Origin: an uncultured Fibrobacterota bacterium
GTDB lineage: Bacteria; Fibrobacterota; Chitinivibrionia; Chitinivibrionales; FEN-1185
Assembly: GCA_963729895.1 (NCBI GenBank)
Contig: CAVSQB010000025.1
Coordinates: forward strand, 16,819-80,818
Direction of reading: 5' to 3'
Length of the DNA stretch: 64,000 nucleotides
How positions within the stretch are numbered: the stretch's first letter is position 1; every line of letters starts with the position of its first letter. This document shows positions 28,012-37,531 of the stretch, piece by piece. A program made the position numbers and the translations under genes. Below the pieces are notes generated by a model. That model worked only from the letters and a program-made list of their open reading frames with translations, had not been told where the DNA came from and ran no database searches.

Positions 28012-30672
28012 TTATTCCAACGCTGCGAGATTAGCCTTGAGTTTTCCCAAATTCTCAATAATCCCTGCATACTTTTCTTCTTCCTTCTTGACAACTTCCG
28101 GCGGCGCCTTGTCGCTAAAACTCGGGTTCGCAAGCCGCGCCTTTGCTCCGTGGGCCAGACCCTCGGCTTTTGCGATTTCCTTGGAAATCCGGTCGCGTTC
28201 CACCTGCTTGTCGATGAGCCCGGCAAGTTCCAAATATACCTGATGTCCCATGACCACGGCCTGGCCGGAAAATCCCGGACGCTGTGCCGACATGTCAACC
28301 ACGGTCTCAAAGAGGCGGCAAAAGGTGTTGATCTCATTGACATGCGGCTTGAGAAGGCCAGCGGCTTGGGGACTTCCGGGAATGATGATCGCGCGTCCTT
28401 TCTTGTCCGGAGGAATGTTGTTTTCCGAACGAATGGTGCGAATGGCCGTTATGATGTCTTTGAGCAGTGAGAATTCCGCTTCGATTGTCGGATTGATCCG
28501 GGATGTGTCGGATACAGGGAAAGATGCCTTCATGATAGTCTCGTTGTCAAGCAGTGCCGGGTATTCGATTTTCTCACGCAACGCGGACCAGATTTCCTCT
28601 GTAATAAACGGCATGAGCGGGTGCAGCATCTTGAGAATGGAGCCAAGCGCCCATGAGCATACGTTGAGGGCGTTTGCCGAGCGCGCCTGATCGCCGCTTT
28701 GGTACAAATCCGCCTTTTTCGCTTCAATATACCAGTCGCAGAAGTCGTGCCAGGTAAAGTCGTACAGGCAATGCGCTGCCTCGTTGAGCCGGTACGACAA
28801 CAGGGCCGAGGTCACGTCGGAGATGGTCGCATTGAGCCGTGACAGTATCCACGCGTCGAACGGAGCGAGCGCTTCTTTCGCAGGGAGGGCACCAAACGAG
28901 TAGTGCGCCTCGATGTTGTCCAGAAGAAAGCGCGACGCGTTCCACAGTTTGTTGCCGAAGTTCCTGCCGAGGTCGAACGTGTCCTGTGTGAGAAACACGT
29001 CCGCGCCCTGTGAAGTTATCATGATAAGCGAAAAGCGCAACGCGTCCGCACCGGACTTGGAGATCACCTCGATCGGATCGATAGCGTTGCCCAGCGACTT
29101 GCTCATTTTCCTGCCGCTCTTGTCCCGCACCGTCGCATTGAGAAATACATCCGTAAAGGGCAGTTTTCCCGTGAAATGCAGCCCGGCCATGATCATGCGG
29201 GCCACCCAGAAGAAAAGAATTTCCGGCGCAGTGACGAGAACGTCGGTGGGGTAGAATTTATCCAGGACTTTTGTCGTGTCCGGCCAACCCATGGTGGAGA
29301 ACGGCCACAGCCACGACGAGAACCATGTGTCAAGAACATCGTCGTCCTGGATCAGGTTTGTGCCTGCGCAGCCGGGGCACGCGGCCGGCGTTTCTTCGGC
29401 AACAACGGTTTTATTGCAGTCTTTGCAATACCACACCGGAATCCGGTGTCCCCACCAGATCTGGCGGGAGATGCACCAGTCGCGGATGTTCTCCATCCAG
29501 TCGATGTACGTCTTTCTCCAACGTTGCGGATAGAATTTCACCTTGTCTTCGACAACCGCCGCCAGGGCGCCCTGGGCAAGCGGCTTCATTTTCACAAACC
29601 ACTGATTTGAGTAATACGGCTCCACAACCGTGTGGCAGCGGTAGCAATGGCCCACCGCGTATGTGTGGTCTTCTATCTTGTCAACAAGGCCGAGCGCCTC
29701 CATGTCCACCACGACTTCCTTGCGGCAGGCAAACCGGTCTGTTCCGACGTATTTCTCAGGAATGGGGCCGGTCATGTGCCCGGTTTCGTCCATGATCACG
29801 ATGGGCGTCATGCGATGTCGAAGGCCCATCTGGAAATCGTTCGGGTCGTGGGCCGGCGTCACCTTCACCGCTCCAGTGCCAAATTCGCGGTCAACGAAGT
29901 CATCGGCAATGACAGGGATTTCTCGGTTCACAAGAGGCAGAACAAGCATTTTTCCGACAAGACTTATGTATCGGTCGTCTACGGGATTCACCGCAACCGC
30001 GGTGTCGCCGAGCATAGTCTCGGGCCGGGTGGTAGCAACGGTCACGAACCCGCCGCCTTCCCTGAAGGGATATTTGAAGTAATACAGCTTGCCATTGGAT
30101 TCCTTATGCTCCGCCTCTTCGTCGGAGAGCGCGGTCTGGCACCGCGGGCACCAGTTGATGATGTATTTGCCGCGGTAAACGAGTCCCTCGTTGTACAGCT
30201 GCACAAACACCCTGCGTACGGCGCGCGAAAGCCCTTGGTCCATGGTGAAGCGCTCGCGGTCCCAATCGCACGAAGAGCCGAGTTTCTTGAGCTGTTTGGT
30301 TATTGTCGCGTGGTACTGTTCCTTCCATTTCCATACTTCCGCGACAAATGCCTCGCGGCCGAGGTCGTGGCGGGTCTTCTTCTCCTGAGCCAATTTCTTT
30401 TCAACCACATTCTGCGTTGCGATGCCGGCATGGTCGGTGCCCGGCATCCAGAGAACTTCGCGTCCGCACATGCGGTTATACCGGATCAGAATGTCCTGTA
30501 TCGTGTTGTTAAGCGCATGCCCCATGTGAAGGATTCCGGTCACGTTAGGCGGCGGAATAACAATGGAGTACTTGGGCTTCGCCGAATGCTCGTCTGCGTG
30601 AAAATGCTTGTTGCGAATCCAGAAGGAATACCATTTGTCTTCGACAAGGGCCGGGTTGTACTGTTTTTCCAT
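28012..30672 (-). CDS. valS: Valyl-tRNA synthetase
   Basis: PPPNVTG.LHMGH, GTDHAGIATQ, DWCISRQIWWGH, KMSKS, C-terminal coiled arm. Confidence 0.97.
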   Translation of the reverse strand: MEKQYNPALVEDKWYSFWIRNKHFHADEHSAKPKYSIVIPPPNVTGILHMGHALNNTIQDILIRYNRMCGREVLWMPGTDHAGIATQNVVEKKLAQEKKTRHDLGREAFVAEVWKWKEQYHATITKQLKKLGSSCDWDRERFTMDQGLSRAVRRVFVQLYNEGLVYRGKYIINWCPRCQTALSDEEAEHKESNGKLYYFKYPFREGGGFVTVATTRPETMLGDTAVAVNPVDDRYISLVGKMLVLPLVNREIPVIADDFVDREFGTGAVKVTPAHDPNDFQMGLRHRMTPIVIMDETGHMTGPIPEKYVGTDRFACRKEVVVDMEALGLVDKIEDHTYAVGHCYRCHTVVEPYYSNQWFVKMKPLAQGALAAVVEDKVKFYPQRWRKTYIDWMENIRDWCISRQIWWGHRIPVWYCKDCNKTVVAEETPAACPGCAGTNLIQDDDVLDTWFSSWLWPFSTMGWPDTTKVLDKFYPTDVLVTAPEILFFWVARMIMAGLHFTGKLPFTDVFLNATVRDKSGRKMSKSLGNAIDPIEVISKSGADALRFSLIMITSQGADVFLTQDTFDLGRNFGNKLWNASRFLLDNIEAHYSFGALPAKEALAPFDAWILSRLNATISDVTSALLSYRLNEAAHCLYDFTWHDFCDWYIEAKKADLYQSGDQARSANALNVCSWALGSILKMLHPLMPFITEEIWSALREKIEYPALLDNETIMKASFPVSDTSRINPTIEAEFSLLKDIITAIRTIRSENNIPPDKKGRAIIIPGSPQAAGLLKPHVNEINTFCRLFETVVDMSAQRPGFSGQAVVMGHQVYLELAGLIDKQVERDRISKEIAKAEGLAHGAKARLANPSFSDKAPPEVVKKEEEKYAGIIENLGKLKANLAALE

Positions 30673-30814
30673 GAAGCGCCGTCTCCGGAACCGTGAGGGA
30701 GGTGGAAAACTATACATTATCAATTGAAGGGGCGAATTCCACGAAAAGGACCGATAAAATATACAATAGCGCTGGCGATTTTGAGGATTTTTAAAATAGG
30801 ATATGGACGTTCCC

Positions 30815-30856
30815 CGCTGTAGTAGAGACGCACGGCTGTGCGTCTCTACTACAGCG
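30815..30856. repeat. GTAG-type REP hairpin (may double as terminator)
   Basis: cgctgtagtagagacgcac-ggct-gtgcgtctctactacagcg 19-bp stem; core matches 34419-34446 at 27 of 28 positions. Confidence 0.85.
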
Positions 30857-30870
30857 AGCGGCAGGCCGTC

Positions 30871-32331
30871 CTATTTTTGTTTCTTTTTCATCGCGGCATA
30901 CTCGGCGTTTACCGATGAGTCAATCGCAACGAACGAAGCGGTAAACACGTTCCTGGCGAGAAATGCCTGATGATCGGTGTATTCGTCATAGGCTTTCTGT
31001 ATTTGTTTTAGATCAAGCAGGACATAAATATCGATCATGATCTTGTTCGCTTTCACCTGGTTTTCCTTGAGCATCTCATCTTCGCGCTTCTTTTTGAGTT
31101 CCTGCGAGACGCGCATGTTGGCGAGCCGGACCTGCTCAGTAGAGGTAAGCCGCGCATTGCCCTCCTGGGCCAGCTTGGCGCTGTCCGCCTTTTCCTGGGC
31201 CTTCTTTTTTGCCGCGCCCACAAGATCGGAAAACAGCGAGCTGGAATCGTCGGTGGCAGGGGCAGAAATGGACGCGAGTTGCTTGACAACCGCAGTGTCC
31301 TGCAGTTTGCGGTACGCCATGGCTTTTTCAAGAATGGCGAGTTCCATGTTCCCGATTTTCTCGGGGAGCACCCCGAGTTTCTTGAGTACGCCTTCGAGGT
31401 AATCGTTGGCCGCCACAACGCCCTGGTCCCTGAGTATCACGGTATTCACACGGACAAGCGAGTCTTCCTTGCGTTCCAGGGACTCGCGAAGACGTTTGTT
31501 GCGGAAGTAATACCGGTCCCATTCGGATTTTGTCACGAGGTCCTGGATGCCGCTGACACGGTCCTCAAGCACGCCAAGCGCGTTTCTCGCATCGCTGAAA
31601 TCGTTTTGTCTTATGAGAATCTCGGCGGTGTTCATGTTGCTGGTTATCAATTCCCGCTCGTTGCCGAGGTTGACCTTTGCCTGCACTTTCGCCGCATACA
31701 GGCTGTATTGGGTGGGGGAAATGCCAAGTTGTTCCCGGTTGTTCTTGAGATACACGAGTTCCTGCCATGCAAGGTCGAAATCCCCCTGCGTCAAGGCCTT
31801 TTCGAGGGACACAACGGCTTCGCGGCAGATGGTCTTCTTTCTGTCGTCAAGCGCCGTCCCGAATTCGAACGCCTTTGCCCGGTCCACCGACAGGGCCTGG
31901 TGGTACAGGTCGGCGAGTCTCGAAAAATCCGGCCGCCGCTTGCCGATTTCGGTGTTGAACGGGCCCACGAGGTCGTTCACCTGTTTCTGGCGTCTCTGGT
32001 TCTTTTCAAGCAGCATGCCGCTTTCCTCAAGGTAAATCTGGCTCTCGAGTTCGCCCACTTTCCACAGGATGTATTTCTCGTTGGGATTGCCTCGTGCGAT
32101 GCTCTTGAGGCGCGCCGCTGTTTGTTTCGCAGACGAAATGGCGTCTTCCATTTTCATAGACATGCCCGAAACTTCGGCCGCGGCATTAAGGTTGTAATAC
32201 GCGCGCTGAATGGTGGTGTCCACATAGGTCTGGCTGGTGTATTGCTGGGCGAGCGTGCAGGCGGCACACAGGAGCAGGACGGCACACGCACATTCTGCCA
32301 TGCACATGCGGCTGCGGGGGTGTCTTCTCAT
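30871..32331 (-). CDS. Hypothetical secreted alpha-helical protein
   Basis: Long ORF with host-like codon usage, signal peptide and charged helical composition; no recognised motif. Confidence 0.75.
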   Translation of the reverse strand: MRRHPRSRMCMAECACAVLLLCAACTLAQQYTSQTYVDTTIQRAYYNLNAAAEVSGMSMKMEDAISSAKQTAARLKSIARGNPNEKYILWKVGELESQIYLEESGMLLEKNQRRQKQVNDLVGPFNTEIGKRRPDFSRLADLYHQALSVDRAKAFEFGTALDDRKKTICREAVVSLEKALTQGDFDLAWQELVYLKNNREQLGISPTQYSLYAAKVQAKVNLGNERELITSNMNTAEILIRQNDFSDARNALGVLEDRVSGIQDLVTKSEWDRYYFRNKRLRESLERKEDSLVRVNTVILRDQGVVAANDYLEGVLKKLGVLPEKIGNMELAILEKAMAYRKLQDTAVVKQLASISAPATDDSSSLFSDLVGAAKKKAQEKADSAKLAQEGNARLTSTEQVRLANMRVSQELKKKREDEMLKENQVKANKIMIDIYVLLDLKQIQKAYDEYTDHQAFLARNVFTASFVAIDSSVNAEYAAMKKKQK

Positions 32332-32363
32332 GGGTATAAACTAAATCATGTCGGGCAAAAAGC

Positions 32364-32389
32364 GAAACCCCGGTTTGCGCCGGGGTTTC
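32364..32389 (-). terminator. Intrinsic terminator
   Basis: gaaaccccgg/ccggggtttc stem with an adjacent A-run (U-tail on the minus strand), downstream of the 32431 gene. Confidence 0.7.
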
Positions 32390-32430
32390 TGCGCCCGCAT
32401 CGTTTCCGAATGCGAAAAATCATTCAGGCG

Positions 32431-33930
32431 TCATCTGCAAACGTCGATAAAGCCGCAGACCGTCTTCCCCGGCGACAGGACCCGCAGCAGATACACGCCG
32501 TTTGTCACCGGTTTCCCGAACCGGTCGGCGTAATCCCAGACAAAGGCGCCGGACGACAGCGGAAGGGATCGCACCAACCGCCCCTGCTGCGAAAAAACGC
32601 ATGCCGTTGAACCGCTGGCTCCGGTACCGGTTGCCGAGATAAAACAGTGGTTGCCCGATTGCCTGACCGACATGGCGGGAACACGCTGACCGGCATTAGC
32701 AGGTTTGTCAAGAACCACCGGCGTTGACGACGGCCCGTACACCTCGAACTCGAACATCAAATACCCGAACCCTGAAACTCTCTTGATGCACCGGACCCGG
32801 ACAAACCGGGCGTTTACGGGCGTCAGCTTGATGGGTCGTTTTTCCCAGCCCGTGCCGTCGGTGATGTGCGCAACGCTTGTCCAGCCCGTATCGTTGTCCG
32901 ATGCCGCGTTTGCAACCTGGACATAATATTCCTTTCCCCCGGAATCTTCCCAGTTGAGGAATACCGAATCTATGGTATACACGGCGCAAAGGTCAACATA
33001 GATCCAGGCCGAGTCCGGGTTCGGGTCTGTCTTATAATTGCTGCCCCACCGCGTCGACGAATCGTCGTCAAACGCGCTCGCCGCGGTCATGTCCGTGCCT
33101 TCATAGCTCGTGCATTTACCGGGCTTCTTGCAGGCAAGGTTGATTTTGCCTTTCTTGGACAATGATAGCGACGCGTCCGCGGTTGTATCCAACCCGCACG
33201 GAGACGATACGATGCACCGGAACAGGGCGCCGCTGTCGGTGAATGCGGGTACAAAGGAAAAATAGGCGCTGGTCGCCAAAGGAATCGGAAACCAGGTGGC
33301 GTCCATCAGCCGTAAATGCTGCCACTGATACGACATGTCTGTTCCGTTTGCATAAACGTTAAATGAGGTATTCAGTCCGTTGATAAACGTCCGGTCGGCG
33401 GGGTCAGCGGCAATCACCGGGGGAATGCAGGTCGCGGCATTGCCGTACACTTCGAACTCCCAAATTGAATACGCAAAAATGGATGCGCGCTTGTAGCCCC
33501 GCAGCCGGACGTAGCGGGCCGGTGACGGAGCAAAGGTGATGGATCTGCTTTCTCCCTGCGTACCGTTGGTGATATGCGCGACCGTGGTCCAACCGCTGTC
33601 ATTGTCGGAAGGCGTATTCGCAGTTTGAATCGCATAATCGAGCCCTGCAGCCGTTTCCCAGCTTACGAATACGGAGTCCACACTGTAAACAACGCCGAGG
33701 TCAACGTATATCCATTCTGAATCGTCGGTTTGGCTTTCCCACCGTGTGGTGGCATCGCCGTCATTGGCCTTGGCAGGCGGGTTGTCCTCGCCGGTGCTGG
33801 AAGCTACTATTGGGCGAAACAGGGCAAGGTTTGGGCGGGCAAAGGTGCTTGAAACGAAAAATGTTGCCGCAAAGATCAGGAATGCGGATGGAACAACGCG
33901 GATACAATGTAAGAACCGAATCGATTTCAC
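32431..33930 (-). CDS. Secreted protein: two F5/8-type-C (discoidin/CBM32-like) domains, an Ig-like domain and a C-terminal FlgD/T9SS-like tail
   Basis: NLAL..ASS..A.DG..TRW.S..WIYVDLG..RYVRL..SIWEFEVYG twice; tail FSQQGRLVRSL..WDYADRFGKPVTNGVYLL. GTG start after GGGGGG. Confidence 0.8.
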   Translation of the reverse strand: MKSIRFLHCIRVVPSAFLIFAATFFVSSTFARPNLALFRPIVASSTGEDNPPAKANDGDATTRWESQTDDSEWIYVDLGVVYSVDSVFVSWETAAGLDYAIQTANTPSDNDSGWTTVAHITNGTQGESRSITFAPSPARYVRLRGYKRASIFAYSIWEFEVYGNAATCIPPVIAADPADRTFINGLNTSFNVYANGTDMSYQWQHLRLMDATWFPIPLATSAYFSFVPAFTDSGALFRCIVSSPCGLDTTADASLSLSKKGKINLACKKPGKCTSYEGTDMTAASAFDDDSSTRWGSNYKTDPNPDSAWIYVDLCAVYTIDSVFLNWEDSGGKEYYVQVANAASDNDTGWTSVAHITDGTGWEKRPIKLTPVNARFVRVRCIKRVSGFGYLMFEFEVYGPSSTPVVLDKPANAGQRVPAMSVRQSGNHCFISATGTGASGSTACVFSQQGRLVRSLPLSSGAFVWDYADRFGKPVTNGVYLLRVLSPGKTVCGFIDVCR

Positions 33931-34122
33931 GGGCCCCCCTTCCCGAAAAGCATGAAATTGATTGCATGGCCTGGGAGAATAATATACCACAAGGTGTTGA
34001 ATAAATCAGGCGAAAATACCAATTCATAACCGTTTCGGATGACATGATTTGATGCCCAGGCGGTCCAGATTTGCCGGGACGATACGGGGTATTGGATTTT
34101 TTTGCAAATATCGTTGTCGCGA

Positions 34123-34764
34123 TCATGGCAAATACACAAACCGGGGTTGTTTTCCGGTTCTTTCGGCCTGCGTTTCCATAACGTTTCTGTCATCGGCCCA
34201 ATTTGCCGGGTTATTACGGATATATCGCCGAATTGCGAACAATTCGCGATCATTGCGGATGATGTGATCGTGAAAACGTGGTTGCCAAATGGGAACGCCG
34301 GGCATTTTGCGTGATTCGTTGATGCGTTTTGTGACGGCGGATTTGAAACCTGCCATAAATGATGATATGGATTTTTGCGTACGGAACGCGACGCCGATTT
34401 GTGATTTTGCAATATTTGGTAGAGACGCACGGCCGTGCGTCTCTACGGTTTGAAATGAATCATTACGGGTGTGCGTTTCACCTAAATTGCGGGAATCCGA
34501 TATCTGAATGATTCCGTGGAAATGATTTGGCATTACAACAAATTCATCCCGGTTCATTTCATGCCTGATTTCAAAAGATTTATGCCATTCTTGTTCGACC
34601 ATTATGCCGTATCTGTTCAACCGCATTTTCCCCTCGACTATATTCCCAAACATACATTCGCGATTGTGCGTGCACATCGTCACGAAATACCACCCCGGCG
34701 ACGAATAATCCCATTGCGGCAGGCGCGCGGATTCGATCCGGTATTTGCTGCGGAAGAGGGACAT
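34123..34764 (-). mobile_element. REP-associated tyrosine transposase (RAYT, Y1/HUH family)
   Basis: SARL..WDYS.PG.YFVT.CT, VVMPNHFHGII (HUH), WQPRFHDHIIR, RYIRNNP; ATG at 34764. Confidence 0.9.
34419..34446. repeat. GTAG-type REP palindrome inside the RAYT CDS
   Basis: gtagagacgcacggccgtgcgtctctac, a perfect 28-bp palindrome encoding VETHGRASL. Confidence 0.9.
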
Positions 34765-34803
34765 GGCCAATTCGATTGTGTGATTCGTGATTATTATTTT
34801 TCC

Positions 34804-34832
34804 GTGGGGACGACGCGCCGCGGCGTCTTTAC
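34804..34832. repeat. Degenerate REP upstream of the RAYT
   Basis: Minus strand: gtaaagacgccgcggcgcgtcgtccccac. Confidence 0.55.
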
Positions 34833-34932
34833 AAAATATATATGAGCGGGCTGGAGGCGCCAATGGCTCGGGGCCGACCGAGACGTTGCGCACGACGCCC
34901 CAGGCAGCATTTCCGATTTTGGCGGCAAGGAA

Positions 34933-37347
34933 TTAATAATTGCGGATACAACGGACCGAATTACCTTGGCCTTTACCAATGTGATAATGATCAAACGGTG
35001 TGGTACTGCCTAAAGCAAAATACCATGCGTCTGTTGTCATGCTAGAATATTCTGTTGATGTCCACCACATACCCCAGTCTCCTAAGCTCGCAAATCCGCC
35101 CACGCTAAAGCAAATTCCTCCAGGAAGTCCAGTAAAACCTGAAGAATTCGTCGCACCGGTGTTTGGAGAATTCCAATGGGTCAATCCAGCTTCCTTGAGA
35201 CTCCCGGCCGCTGAATCACCACCTCCAAGATTGGCAAAAAGGGTCCCCCATTCATCATTAGATGCTACATGCCAGCCCGAAGGAGCCAGTTTTCCAGTGT
35301 TTACAGTATACCAATTGTACAGTGCCCCATAGGGGTTCTTGTAAGAAATTGAGTCATCGTACCAGCAATATCCAGGGGTGCTCAAATTGCCCCACGCCGT
35401 GTTATCCGTCACTAAGGGAATTCCCGTCTCATCATTAAACTTCGTGGTCTTCAAATTCTCCACCATCCAAACTTGTGTCCCAACCGTTACCTCAGTATAA
35501 ATATTCCCGTCAGCATCTTGGATTATCCACTTCGCATATACTGTGATGTTGGCATTCACTACTGTGGTTGCGGTAAATTGTGTCCCACCCCCATTGACGG
35601 CAGTGTACCACCCGGCAAAAACATAGCTGGTTTTGGTTGGCGGTTGCGGCAGCGATCCAACCGAGTCTGCCGGTGATATTACATTCATTGTCGGTGGGTT
35701 GGCCGACACAGTAGCACCTTGACCATCAAAAGCGACAAGGTATGTGTTTGGTGTCCACTTCGCGTATAAAACCACATTTGAGGAACCTACGGCGAAAGTC
35801 CCGCCAGGGGTGCGATCCGTGCCGGTACCCGCGGCATTTGTGTTCCATCCGGCAAAGGTGTAGCCGGTCCTCGCTAGCGAACCCGTATTGTCAAGCACCG
35901 TAACGGTCGCGCCATTGGTGTATTTGTTGGTGTCGGCCGGCGCAGCCCCGCTGGTATTATTGTTGCCGTTGTATGTCACCGTGTAAACCGGCGTCCATTT
36001 TGCGTACAGGGTGATGGACGAAGTTATGGGGGTCAGGAAATTGAATTGGATCGTAAGCGCCTGGTCCGAATACCATCCGGCAAAGACGAATCCGTTTTGC
36101 GTAGGAGGTGTTGGCGCTGTGGCTGTGTTGTTGTAGGTGACGTTCTGGCTGTCAACCGCGCTGCCGCCGTTGCTGTTGAACTTGACCGTACAGATGCTTA
36201 CTGTCCATTTTGCATAGAGAGTGACATTGGCTGTGCCTATTGTGAAGGTAGCGGCCGCGGCATAGGATGTTCCGCTGCCATCCGCTGCAGTGTTCCATCC
36301 TGCAAAGGTGAAGCCGGTTTTCGCCAAGTTTCCGGTGTTGGCCTTTACCGTAACGGAGGAGTTCGGTCCGTAGGTATTTGGGTCGGTCGGCACGGTTCCG
36401 GTCGTGTTTTCGTTGCCGTCGTAGGTCACCGTACAGCCCGCGTTTTGCGTCCACTTCGCGTAGAGCGTTACGTTTGCAGTGCTCATTGTAAACGTGGCAG
36501 CTGCGGCATAGGTTGTCCCGCTTCCGTCCGCTGCTGTGTTCCAGCCTGTAAAAGTGAAGCCGATTTTCGCCAAGTTTCCGGTGTTGCCAATAACGGTAAC
36601 GGTCGCTCCTTGCAGGTACGCATTAGGGTCCGTTGGCGCGCTCCCGCTCGTGCTGCCATTGCCGTTGTAGGTCACGGTATACGTGGGGTTCTGCGTCCAT
36701 TTTGCGTAGAGCGTTACATTCGCCGCGCCCATTGCAAACGTGGCGGCCGCGGCGCATGATGTTCCACTGCCATCCGCAGCGGTGTTCCATCCTGCAAAAG
36801 TGAAGCCGCTTTTCGCCAGGTTGTCGGTGTTTGCCTTTACCGTTACGCCTGCGCCCTGCTGATAGGTGTTGACGTCTGTTGGCACTGTTCCGCCTGTACT
36901 GCCGTTGCCGTCGTAAGTTACCGTGCTGGGTTTGCCTATAATTGTAATTTTGGCGGTTACCGAATAGTTGGGCTCTCCCTGAATAACGGCAACAGCCGAA
37001 ACCGTCCATGTGCCTGCGGAATGCAATGTGACGGATATCCACTGGGTGTCGGTCCATGAGGAAGGATTTCTGAACGTGACTACTGTGTCGGTGTCCGCAG
37101 CGTTTTTTGTTATCGTAATAGTGACTGAATTTATATATTTGGGAAGATATGCCTTCACGCCGACAAGAATGACTTTGCCAACCGTGTCGGAAACCGAATC
37201 CGTGCTGCGCTGGTCGTTCGAGTTGACCAATACGATTGAGATTGTGGCGTTTGACGCGCCAAATGGGCTGGTTGAGCCGGTGCAGGAGAGCAAGAGCGGA
37301 ATGAAGATCGACGGAAGAATGAGGAGCCAAGAAAGTTTCTTGCACAT
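34933..37347 (-). CDS. Lipoprotein with six InlB-B-like repeats and a C-terminal FISUMP (Fibrobacter succinogenes major paralogous) domain
   Basis: LLLSC lipobox; six ...GFTFAGW...(T/V)LYAKW-type repeats; DADGNIY.EV.VGTQVWMVENL, YGALYNWY, P.GWHV, WWTSTE, SVRCI. Confidence 0.9.
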   Translation of the reverse strand: MCKKLSWLLILPSIFIPLLLSCTGSTSPFGASNATISIVLVNSNDQRSTDSVSDTVGKVILVGVKAYLPKYINSVTITITKNAADTDTVVTFRNPSSWTDTQWISVTLHSAGTWTVSAVAVIQGEPNYSVTAKITIIGKPSTVTYDGNGSTGGTVPTDVNTYQQGAGVTVKANTDNLAKSGFTFAGWNTAADGSGTSCAAAATFAMGAANVTLYAKWTQNPTYTVTYNGNGSTSGSAPTDPNAYLQGATVTVIGNTGNLAKIGFTFTGWNTAADGSGTTYAAAATFTMSTANVTLYAKWTQNAGCTVTYDGNENTTGTVPTDPNTYGPNSSVTVKANTGNLAKTGFTFAGWNTAADGSGTSYAAAATFTIGTANVTLYAKWTVSICTVKFNSNGGSAVDSQNVTYNNTATAPTPPTQNGFVFAGWYSDQALTIQFNFLTPITSSITLYAKWTPVYTVTYNGNNNTSGAAPADTNKYTNGATVTVLDNTGSLARTGYTFAGWNTNAAGTGTDRTPGGTFAVGSSNVVLYAKWTPNTYLVAFDGQGATVSANPPTMNVISPADSVGSLPQPPTKTSYVFAGWYTAVNGGGTQFTATTVVNANITVYAKWIIQDADGNIYTEVTVGTQVWMVENLKTTKFNDETGIPLVTDNTAWGNLSTPGYCWYDDSISYKNPYGALYNWYTVNTGKLAPSGWHVASNDEWGTLFANLGGGDSAAGSLKEAGLTHWNSPNTGATNSSGFTGLPGGICFSVGGFASLGDWGMWWTSTEYSSMTTDAWYFALGSTTPFDHYHIGKGQGNSVRCIRNY

Positions 37348-37437
37348 AATGCAGATCTCCGGGAAAGAATTGACGGAGCGATTTTATTGGAGGGGAATTT
37401 GGTATAAGAGAATATAATATCGGGCTACAAACAGAGT

Positions 37438-37453
37438 TGTGACGGGGGTCACA
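37438..37453. promoter_or_regulatory. CRP-family-type box TGTGA-N6-TCACA upstream of the FISUMP lipoprotein
   Basis: tgtga cggggg tcaca; centred at -41.5 if TATATT at 37411-16 (minus) is the -10 box. Confidence 0.6.
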
Positions 37454-37469
37454 AATGGGGAAGGGGATC

Positions 37470-37505
37470 AAAAAAGAAGGAGGGCCTTTTGGGGAAGCCC
37501 TCCTT
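37470..37505 (-). terminator. Intrinsic terminator
   Basis: aaggagggc/gccctcctt stem plus A6 (U-tail on the minus strand), after the 37532 gene. Confidence 0.7.
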
Positions 37506-37531
37506 GGTAAGAAACGTTACTGACGATGATT

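Noticed and set aside
34933..35150. Complete diversity-generating retroelement
   Set aside because: No template repeat and no reverse transcriptase seen in the window.
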